40,945 nt of DNA from Oopsacas minuta (Eukaryota; Animalia; Porifera): NCBI GenBank assembly GCA_024704765.1, contig JAKMXF010000063.1, positions 1 through 40,945 on the forward strand, written 5' to 3'. The notes under the pieces were generated by a model, which made no database searches, was not told the origin of the DNA, and saw nothing but the letters and a program-made list of their open reading frames with translations. The position numbers were made by a program, and so were the translations under genes. This document shows positions 1 to 9,600 of the stretch, piece after piece. Every line of letters starts with the position of its first letter. Position 1 is the first letter of the stretch.

Positions 1-99
1 TATTACAGTAATTATATAGGGAGTACCTCTTATTACAGTAATTATATAGGGAGTACCTCTTATTACAGTAATTATATAGGGAGTACCTCTTATTACAGT
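1..99. repeat. 30-bp tandem minisatellite, 3.3 copies visible, cut by the window start
   Basis: tattacagtaattatatagggagtacctct is repeated exactly at 1, 31 and 61, with a partial copy at 91-99. Confidence 0.95.
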
Positions 100-259
100 T
101 CTACTGTTTGTAAAATTGTCCAACATTCAACAAGTTCTAATTTCTAATCGTAATTTGATAATCTTTGACTGCAGGGGAGGGGTTGGTTAACCGGTTAACC
201 GCTGCTATTATTATTAAATACAAACAATGAAGTTTTGTGGCAACAATTGAAGATATCAA

Positions 260-498
260 TACCTTAAACGGGGCTACTTTGGCCCACTGGGTTTGCTTTA
301 GCTCAAATATTGAAATTTCCTTACGTATCGAATATATATTGTATTTGTATTCGAAATTGTCTGCCGATATTTGAAAATTCGTTAAAAATTTGGCAAGTCA
401 TATTCAAGTATAATACTGAATCTAATCTAGTTGCTTTGAAACTTTGATATTTGGGCTAAAGCAAACCCAGTGGGCCAAAGTAGCCCCAGACTACGGTA
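260..498. mobile_element. TA-flanked foldback MITE
   Basis: ggggctactttggcccactgggtttgctttagctcaaatat (270-310) is the reverse complement of 447-487 with one mismatch. The outer ends are tacc...ggta. Confidence 0.8.
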
Positions 499-545
499 CA
501 TATCTATTATATATGCATTCGTGATGCGATTGTATCTTACAAAAT

Positions 546-721
546 CATTGAAATTGAGAATACGGAACTAAAATGTAGCATCTCAAAATACCTAACTAGC
601 AGAATTCGTGTATAAATTCGTACCTCTCAAAACCTTATTGGCAGAAATGACACTATTCGGTTAACCAAGTATATTTTCTCTTAGCAGTTAACTGGATATA
701 CCGGCGATCCGAATCCAGCCT
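546..721. repeat. Dispersed repeat (MITE right end), same family as 38361-38569; the degenerate left end is probably at 172
   Basis: Colinear with 38361-38569 (gaatacgga-ctaaaatgta...aaatacctaactagc-gaattcgtgtata...cgtacctctcaaaacctt...aaatgacactat...gaatccagcc). Position 172 begins cagggg...ggttaaccggttaacc, resembling the reverse complement of the family's right end. Confidence 0.7.
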
Positions 722-948
722 ACTCTGCGAAAAGTTAACGAAAGTTATACACTTCATAATACGTATAATGTTTGCGAATCGATTAAATTCAGACATTGCT
801 ATAATAGCTATTCACTACTGTTGTCTCACATTGACACTTTCAATTGTTCGAATTCAGTGTCAATACATGTAATTTAGTATGTAGACTATTGGTATTTTCT
901 ATGTCGTCGATAGATCGAAATATTGTAAATGCTAATTAGAATATGAAC

Positions 949-1641
949 TCACGACCTACCTGGAGAATTTGACAAATCCTTAGGAAACTTATCTTGAATT
1001 TTCTTATCAAGTGCTAACAAGGCTTCTTTGAAATTCGTTCGAGCAGCCGCATGCAATAGTGACATCTCTTTTCGGAACATTTTTCGAGTAGATTCATATT
1101 CTGACATACAAGTTATATATTTCTTCAACATGGTCTCATCTGCTGACATAGCTTTAAAGAACTTCCTTCGAATGGCTGGTACATCCTGTGCCAGATCTTT
1201 AAGAAACATACCGAGAGTTGCTTCAATTTGTTCTGAGAGAGCATTAAGAAATTGATTAGGCAAAATATCTTGTAGTGCCAATTGTTTTATCAACATCTTC
1301 CAACTAGTCTCATCTTGTCGTGACATACATTCAATAAACTTAGTCGTGTTAATCTCATCTTTTTGGGTTACTTTAAGAAACACCTTTCGACAAATCTCGG
1401 CTTCATTTACCTTTTTTATAAAAAACTTTCTAGTGGCTTCACCCTGTTGTGATATATCTTTGATGAGTAAATTTTGCGTGTTATTGAATTCTAACATAAC
1501 TTCATGAAACTGCTTGCGAGTAACTTCATATTTTGAAATATTTTTACGAAATGTATTACGGGCTAAGTTGATACAAGTGATAATAATGGATTCCAGTTTT
1601 TCCCATTTCCCTACTATTATCACTATTATAAGGAATGTGAC
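949..1641 (-). CDS. In-frame continuation of the flytrap ORF after one TAA: rest of the TM helix plus a helical-repeat cytoplasmic tail
   Basis: After the TAA at 1642-1644 the same frame reads VTFLIIVIIVGKWEK and continues as the 224-aa ORF 949-1623. No frameshift is needed. Confidence 0.65.
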   Translation of the reverse strand, partial: VTFLIIVIIVGKWEKLESIIITCINLARNTFRKNISKYEVTRKQFHEVMLEFNNTQNLLIKDISQQGEATRKFFIKKVNEAEICRKVFLKVTQKDEINTTKFIECMSRQDETSWKMLIKQLALQDILPNQFLNALSEQIEATLGMFLKDLAQDVPAIRRKFFKAMSADETMLKKYITCMSEYESTRKMFRKEMSLLHAAARTNFKEALLALDKKIQDKFPKDLSNSPGRS

Positions 1642-3144
1642 TTATGCAAATATACAGAGTGATAGCAGGACTCCCAAAGCAACGATTGCTTCTGATGTAT
1701 ACATGTTATTTATCTCGTCTGTAGCTGTTTCTTTGTTCCAATAAGTAAACGTCTCATCCAAACTACACATGATGCTATTTATACTATCCTCTGTGAAATC
1801 GTCAAAGTATGGAATGTTCTCACAATCTCCTCGATAGACAAGATTCCCATCTACAAATTCCAGTATTTGCACCTGAGGATTGAGTCTTTCATAACCACTG
1901 AACCTAACATTGCCAGTCCAACCGATAAAGTTTTGATACAACATACCATTGTATACAGCACTCGAGAATTCACTATTCTTACTGAATATGTTAGTGTCTT
2001 CAAGATTCTGTTTTTGTGAAATTTCGGTAAGATTAAAACCTTCATCCGAAGCGTTTTGCATAGCGAGAGCTAATGTCCAAATGGAATCGTACACATACGC
2101 GTCATGGACATCAAATTCCCTGTCAAACCTAACGGTATCATTATTTATTCGTTCAAGAATGAGCTCTTTGTACTCTTGGTATAGTTCAGCTGTCGTTCTG
2201 TTTGCAATGGTTACTTGGTTGTTGTTTGTTTGTCCCATAAAGTGCTTTTTGCTGTGTACCACTAAGAAGCCCAAAGCTCCATTAGAAGCTGTTGCTATTT
2301 GTTCTGCGGTGCAACCAACTTCTACTAACACACCTTGTTTGTCATGCCACTGATCCGTAAACCAACCAAGGAATAACCATGTAGCGATATTTGGCAGTAG
2401 ATATTTCTCCTTTTGTTTGTAGAGATAACAGAATAATTTTATTGCAGCATCTTCATACATGTTGGCTATGATTATTCTGTATCCTCTGAGGTTATTTGCT
2501 AAAATACTCACTTGTTGTTCCAATGGTACTGTCCCATCTAGAGTGATGTCTTCCACCTTATAATCTACATTCAATAGGTCCAATACATTCTCCATGTAAT
2601 GAGAGCTGGATACGAATATCGGGTCTTGTTCATTTATGATGGCAACACGTTTCCAGTTGTTTTGCTGTATGAATCTTGCACGAGCAGGAACTGCTTTCAA
2701 ATCAGATGGTACTCCTCTAACGAATCTCGGGTACAATACGTTATTACCTGGATTTGGGGCTGTTGATGCAAAAGCTATTTGTACAAGCCCATACCGATAA
2801 GAAATTACAGCCACTTGACTTGTGGCAACAGAACATCCTGCTCCGAACACAACCAGATATGTTTGATTCTGATTCTTACCCAGAGCGTCTATGAATTGTT
2901 TGAGAGCGATACCTCCATCACATTGTGTATTCTTCCAGTCTATTACGATTTGATAATCATTGAGAAGGTTTGTATTCTCACTGATGTGTTTGAGAGCTAG
3001 TTCAGCAGTGTATTTTACGAACGGCTCTGTCCATCCATCCCCACTTCTTGGATACAATCCTAAAACATCTAATCTTTGTTTACAGATTGCTACCTGCATG
3101 TAGATACAGAGTAATAGAACAACTGATATGATTTGTATCTTCAT
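1642..3144 (-). CDS. Class C GPCR (GABA-B-like) / ANF-receptor Venus-flytrap ectodomain with a signal peptide; the ORF ends halfway through the TM helix
   Basis: 500-aa single-exon ORF with a hydrophobic N-terminus. GABA-B-like motifs: NTQCDGG, VFGAGCSVAT, QIAFASTAP, YPRFVR, NNWKRVAII, RIIIANMY, CYLYK...WLFLGWF...GCT, YVYDSIWTLALA, FIGWTGNVRFSG. It ends IVALGVLLSLCIFA-TAA. Confidence 0.85.
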   Translation of the reverse strand: MKIQIISVVLLLCIYMQVAICKQRLDVLGLYPRSGDGWTEPFVKYTAELALKHISENTNLLNDYQIVIDWKNTQCDGGIALKQFIDALGKNQNQTYLVVFGAGCSVATSQVAVISYRYGLVQIAFASTAPNPGNNVLYPRFVRGVPSDLKAVPARARFIQQNNWKRVAIINEQDPIFVSSSHYMENVLDLLNVDYKVEDITLDGTVPLEQQVSILANNLRGYRIIIANMYEDAAIKLFCYLYKQKEKYLLPNIATWLFLGWFTDQWHDKQGVLVEVGCTAEQIATASNGALGFLVVHSKKHFMGQTNNNQVTIANRTTAELYQEYKELILERINNDTVRFDREFDVHDAYVYDSIWTLALAMQNASDEGFNLTEISQKQNLEDTNIFSKNSEFSSAVYNGMLYQNFIGWTGNVRFSGYERLNPQVQILEFVDGNLVYRGDCENIPYFDDFTEDSINSIMCSLDETFTYWNKETATDEINNMYTSEAIVALGVLLSLCIFA

Positions 3145-5212
3145 AGTTTAATTATGTTAAGTTTAGTATTAGTATTGTATTTATACTATTTGTTCGATTT
3201 ACTTGTTTTATTTGACTGCTACTTACTTTCAATATCCCGTAGAGAATTTGCATATTATAAATATGTAAGTACTTCTACAGTGAAAAGTGTTTATAGGTAT
3301 GTATAATTATATTACACCATCAATTTCTATGCTCTAGAATATTTACAAGCTGAGAAGTATAGAGTTGTAGGCTTGTAGCTGCACACATTGGTAGATATAG
3401 TGCATACAACTGGGAACAATCCATATTATCACTATATCCAATACTATAGTGATCAATTATCTTTAGACAAACGTTCATTCATGTTTGGTAACTCTGTAAT
3501 TAGGTATTTTATGTACTGGAGTAGGTAATTTTTGAAACTCTAATTCTAATTAGCAAAATATTACCTCTCTAATATTACTAATGCAAGTGTAAATTTAACT
3601 GATTAGAAATATGCTAACGATAAGCAGGATATATAAAATTAACTTTGTATACCTGATTATCTGGCATAATCCATGTGTAACATTATTAACAAATTTGTTG
3701 TATCCTGATTATAATTGCTGATTTCCAGCATAATACGTATTGATAAGAGAAGTTCCGAGCAGGGATTATCTAAGCGAGCGAGAATCGAAACAGAGGCATC
3801 TAGATAAAATTTAAATTGGTACTACTTCTTCAATTACACACATGCATTATTTAGTATATTAATAATTTCTGTTAATTAATTTTCTATTTAGCAATTAGGG
3901 ATCGAAAACATTTGATAACGATACCTTACTCTGTAATAAAATGTTCTCTTAAAGTATCCTCTATTGGTGACATACATAATGTTTAATTTACAACTATACA
4001 GATGTAAAATATGCAAATCCCAATAAAGCTACAAACAACCTAATTAAGCGGACCCATTAAAAGGAATTAAGCACAAGTTAGTAGTCACCAGATTAACACT
4101 ATTGACATATATATAGTGTACTATCTGGATAGGTTCTTCGATTAAGTGGCGACAACGGTATTAAGTTACCTATACAGATGGATCTAACAATGACAAATAA
4201 CTAATCCAGCAGCGGCTTACCTGACCGTAGTGGTATAGAGGTAATAGAATTAATGCGTATTGTCTCCATATTAATTAATGCTACTATTGATCACCAAATA
4301 TCTTCAGGTGGAACATTCCACGAGTATGAAGTAACTGAAGTTAGCCTAGTATTCTTCTAGGTTCACTTCAGTCAATGTTTTGACTCACTTTCACTCAAGG
4401 GACAATCTAGGAGAGCTGGACGCTCCTCTAGACACATTATTTTTGATGACTTTATATTTTAGAGCGTGAAAATCGAGGATCTTTCTCTATACTATAATAG
4501 TTACTAATTCACTGATTTAGGTAAATGAAAATTCGAGGTGAGGAGAGCTAAAATGTGTTATGTTTCAAAACTTATACAGTCAGTAGGGGATTATTATTCT
4601 TGAGTATCATGATAGCCAATACAGCTTGGTATTGTATTTAACTTAAATTTGCTCAGATCCAGAAGCTAAAAATCAGTCGGAGTCAGGTGCTTTGCGTTAT
4701 CTACACAGGAAATATCAAAATGAGTACAACAAAAGTCAAAATACTATCATACTTTAATGATTTCAGAAAATGTTCATAATACTGATAATAAATATGTATA
4801 ATCATCAGCACTTAACACATTTTTGCTAAAACAACATGAAACGTATCTGTACTATAGGTAGTATATATGAAATATAGAATTGTTGAGAAGTAGTACTCAA
4901 GTAGTTAGGATGGAAAACCACAATTCAAATACATCCGAAGATCTAAGGACAGATTACTTAAAATGGAAAGATTCGGAATCCTGAGATACGTGAGATCTCC
5001 CCCAAATTTATCGTCAACAGAAATAAAATTCCCACTGCTATCCCATAAAGTCGAACAAGATTCTAAGGAAGGCTAGACCTGAATTCATGAGACTGTCGAC
5101 AAGTTCGTGAGTCGGCTAGAATTTGCATGGCTAACATGAGTAAGGGAAATATCAAATAGAATTTGTCGGGTTAAATATTGATGTAATCGTTGGTAATCAG
5201 TATAATCTATAA

Positions 5213-6329
5213 CAGGGGCCTTCAACCTGCGGCTCGCGATCATAAAGCGTGCGGCTCGCGGGATAATTCTTGTTTTTGTTTATTTGTCTTCACTTTGTTA
5301 ATTTTGAAATTTGTTGTATTGTATTCAACAGATATTGTGAATATACTTAAATATTAGCACTTTTTTGTTTCTCAATTCTGGAAATCTTGATGGTGTTTAA
5401 AGTGTATAGAAGACCTTTGTTGTCTTCAGTTCTCAAAAGAGTTTGGGAATTACGAGATGAAATATCAAGTTTCTTAGCCTCAAAGGGCAAGAAAGTTCCT
5501 GAATTCGAAGATACAAATTGGATTAGCGACTTTGCCTTCCTTGTAGATATGACTACACACCTAAATATTCTAAATTCCGCACTTCAGGGAAAGAACAAGT
5601 TGATTCATGAACTTTAGGCCACAATTCGAAGTTTGGAGATGAAACTCGCTCTATTTAAGTTACAGCTTAAAAATAACAATTTTTCTCACTTTCCAGCACT
5701 AAAGTCACAAGATAGTGCCGATGGAAACAAATATGCTAAAATTATTTCAAATCTCCAAGAAAACTTTGATACTCGATTTGGAGATTTTAGAAATCAACAA
5801 CAAGGCTTCGAGATTTTTGCACAGCCTTTCAGTTTTGATCCGTAATATGCTCCACAGGAGCTTCAACTTGAACTCGTAGACCTGCAGTCTAGCATAGATC
5901 TCAAGGCAGACTTCAAGGATGTTGGAGTAATTAGTTTCTATAAAACTCTTCCTTCAGATATCTATCCTGCTATTTTAAAACACGCAAGAAGGATAGCTAG
6001 TTTATTTGGAAGCACTTACACTTGCGAGGCATTTTTCTCTAAAATGAAATATATCAAGAACAAATATAGAACCAATTTGACTGATGACCACCTCCAAGAC
6101 GTTCTTCGTATTTCATCGACTGATATGAAACCTAATATAGATAGCATCTTAATACAACAACAAAAACAGTACCAACCTTCACATGAATATTTTAATATGA
6201 TAAATTACCCATAATAATACAGTACTATATTAAAATATAGAATACATGATCCTTAACTTTTAATGCGGCTCGCCAATCTAATACGAAACTAATATTTGGC
6301 TCATAGAAGAAAAAGGTTGAAGACCCCTG
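5213..6329 (+). mobile_element. Non-autonomous hAT transposon (SPIN/Buster, GTF2IRD2/EPM2AIP1-like)
   Basis: TIRs caggggccttcaacct and aggttgaagacccctg (one mismatch). 8-bp flanks atctataa and gtctataa (7/8 match, central TA). It contains only the C-terminal part of the transposase. Confidence 0.9.
5420..6185 (+). pseudogene. C-terminal hAT transposase remnant with two in-frame stops
   Basis: VLKRVWELRDEI...WISDFAFLVDMTTHLNILNSALQG...FGSTYTCEAFFSKMKYIKNKYRTNLTDDHLQDVLRI, with stops at about 5615 and 5843. Confidence 0.9.
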
Positions 6330-6425
6330 GTCTATAAGTATATTCCATCTTACCCATCCAATCATCCTACTCTGAAACAATATATACCGAAATAATGTAA
6401 TTTTTGTTTAGAGTTATAATTAAAT

Positions 6426-6636
6426 TTAAGAAGGCTTTATATCATCCTCTGCAGGAGTCCATAATGTTAAGTTATCTCTGAGTAGCTGCATAATCAGTGT
6501 AGCATCTCTGAAATCATTATCATTCAGAGAGTCTAGTTCTACTATAGCAGCGTCAAATGCGTCTTTAGCTATTTTAATAGCACTTTTATCATCATGTAGG
6601 ATTTCATAAACCATTGTTGAATAAGATAGTGCTAAA
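6426..6636 (-). CDS. 14-3-3 exon 5
   Basis: Acceptor ccttctatttag|T TTA GCA; LALSYS...YEIL...[15 protein letters not shown]...[17 protein letters not shown], then stop. Confidence 0.92.
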
Positions 6637-9600
6637 CTAAATAGAAGGATTGGGTATAATAATCTAATAATAGGATGTATCATAAGTCACGGATGTATCA
6701 ATATTAATGAATAGACTGAAATGTATAACCAAAATCTCGAGTGAATTTAATATTCAGTCAACTCATATGATATCTCAAGGGATCAATAATTACTCAGTAG
6801 AAGCGGAATTGGATACAATCGATGAAATAGTAAATATAATATCGGATAGTTTGAGGGTTTGGAACTCGTACAAATTTAAACTAAGGTTCGATATACCGGA
6901 TGTTAACTGTACAGTGGAAGTGGTACCTCCTAAAGTGGGGTTTGTCAGAAGTTGGGTTTGGTTGAGCCGCAGGTAATTTTTAATGAAATTGTATACAAAA
7001 ATTCAAGCAGAAATCCCAAAGTGTGGTGAAATTGTATTAAGAACCTGCCGTACATTTTAAGGTAGGGTGCCTCACAAAATGGCATGAAGGAAGGATTTGT
7101 ATTGAAGATGATAGCCAAATGAATCTCCAAAGTTGGTTTTTATTAATTATATCTCATATTTGGGGAAAATATACAAAAATAGGTCACATAATTTTAGTTA
7201 TTTGGTAATTTGTATACGTATTCGTCTTTTCAATTACGTCACGGTGTTCACCATATTTAGCTACTTTTCTTTAATGTGAGAAATAATTTGTATTTTGTAT
7301 ATGTTGCTAGGGCAGGGTTGCACGTGGGCCGAAATTTTGTGACCGCAGACCGCAATCAGTTAGTTCGATAGGCAGAAGTAATGAATTCTAATCCTTAATA
7401 CTGACACATATTTGGCGTAATAAGAGATCATGCACTAACACCATTGGCCTGGACTAATATAATTAGTTACGCTTTCATTCTAAGGTCTAGGTTATACACC
7501 AACACATAAGAAGGAGTTAGAAAGTAAGGATATTAAAATGACAGTATGATGGACCAGATTAGGTGTTCACAAATTAGAAGGTAAATATTGTGTAACAGGA
7601 TGGGAAAAATTTGGGACCGAGAAAATCGTTCATATTTGGAGTTGTTCATTTCTTAGAGGTGTTTACTCTTGGAGGTTTAACTGTAATACTCAAGGTTTCC
7701 AGTAAAGATTTACAATTATCAATAACAACTATACGCACCCAATTACCCCTGACAACATGTTATAACTTAACCTATAGCATGCCTCTGAATTTTACATAAA
7801 ATGGTGTGAACATTTCAAAATTTAATACCTGAAGTGCAAATACTCGACCCAAAATGTATATGTGTAGCAATTTTCATGTTAATCGGATTGATAAATTTCG
7901 CACGGCCGCGAGGACGGACGTGCGTAATTCGCATCCTGAAATACCATAGAAAGCGAAGTTCAAGTCAATAATCGTTATCACTTCAACATTACCCCAGCCT
8001 AATAGTACTTGTAGCTGGTAGCCTTTTGGAGCTTTCATAGGCTAGATTAGCTGAGTTAGTATCTGTTTTGTTAGGGTGGGTGTATTCTGATTTGTAGCGA
8101 AGATAGTCTCCTTTCCTAGAAAAAGTATAAATAACAGCAATTCTCCATTGAAAAATATGTGGCACACATATTAGAGAGTTAGATGTCCAGGTTGATTAAA
8201 GAACGAGGACGTATAAATAATAAATTTCCAGATCTACGGTCCATGCCATTAGGGCATCTCCCTATAGGAACTGTACTAAAAAGCCTTGTATATTTGTATT
8301 TGGCCAGAAATGTTAGAAGCTATTTATAAATGCTTTATGCAAGTCTATTATCAGATGGGTAGCCCGAACTTCTGTTCAAATAAAGTGTATCAGCTCCCAA
8401 AGTCACTTTGGTCTTGTTTGGGAGTAAGACAACGTTAAAATACGGATTGTCCGTATCCCAGTACTAGACAGGTTTTACTGTATTACCAATTAATAACTCC
8501 AGCTTCGAATCACCATACAGTGAATGCCGGTTATAAGAACATAGTCGGGAACCGGACATAATGTTCTTATATCCGGTATGTTCTTATAACCGGTATATAG
8601 TAGATACCGGTTATGAAAACACTTCGTTTAAACACATTTGGATGTAGAAACCTTATTAAAGAAAAGAATTCTCATATCTACGATATATAATTTCTGCCGA
8701 ATGCTACAAGCATACTGCTAATGAGAACCAATTTTTGTACTACACTAAGAGTGTTCTTATAACCGGCACAATTTATATGGGGGGATATAGTAACCGTTTT
8801 CTAAGATGATGTTCTTATAACCGGTAAATTCCATGGAGTAGAATACAAAGGATTCCGTAATTCAAGTTATGGTTCTTATAACCGGTGTTCTCAGGGTTTC
8901 ATGCAGCAATTCTGAACCATACGCCTAAAATTTTCCTCCTCATTTTTCCAAATAAGAATTATTTTTCGAATCGAACCATTTTTGCACAAGATATGTGAAA
9001 TTTTCGCACCTCGCACATATAAATCAATGCATTTTCGGAGGAATCTGATTGGTCAACGCGTTGGCAGTCAGATTCCTTCCTTCGTATAATATGAAAAAGT
9101 CTGGGAATTTGGTTCAATCAGATTCTACCAATTTCAATACAGTGGAGTCTCCGAATAACGGACATGTTATCGACAGGGTAGCTGTCCGTTCTAGAGAATT
9201 GTCCACTCCTTGGAGACTGCTTAAGTAGTAATTACATGCTTGGCAAATTCAATCCATGCCACGAGGTGTGTCGGTTGAAGGGGTTGTCCGTTTTGGGAGA
9301 CTCCACTGTAGTTACTATTCACAGTTTATCGATCCCGCGGGTAATGCGGAGAAAGTGATACCCAACTTCTCCCAAAAAAGGGCCATTATTACATGCGGAC
9401 GTGTAGGGTTCGCAAACTCCAAAAGACAATCGTGAGGGCCAAAGGCCCGATAAAGTATTCAGCAGGAACTAGCAGAAAAAGTCGCCCAGAGGGCAGCGTT
9501 TCGGCTAGTGCTGTATATAATATTTTAATGTATTTATGTAACCAACCGTGACATGAGTGAAGTTACAAATAACAAAATAACAATGATAGAAATAGAATAC

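Noticed and set aside
1-99. CRISPR-like 30-bp repeats
   Set aside because: The copies are head-to-tail with no spacers, there are no cas genes, and the context is eukaryotic.
1641-1655. 15-nt GT..AG (gtatatttgcataag) whose removal would delete the TAA in frame
   Set aside because: It is far below known animal intron sizes, and other introns here are at least about 55 nt. It is kept only as something RNA reads would reveal.
3200-5200. Possible degraded exons on the minus strand (about 3300-3750, 4200-4440 and 4900-5050)
   Set aside because: Some donor-like sites exist, but all frames have stops and I recognise no family. A translated search would be needed.
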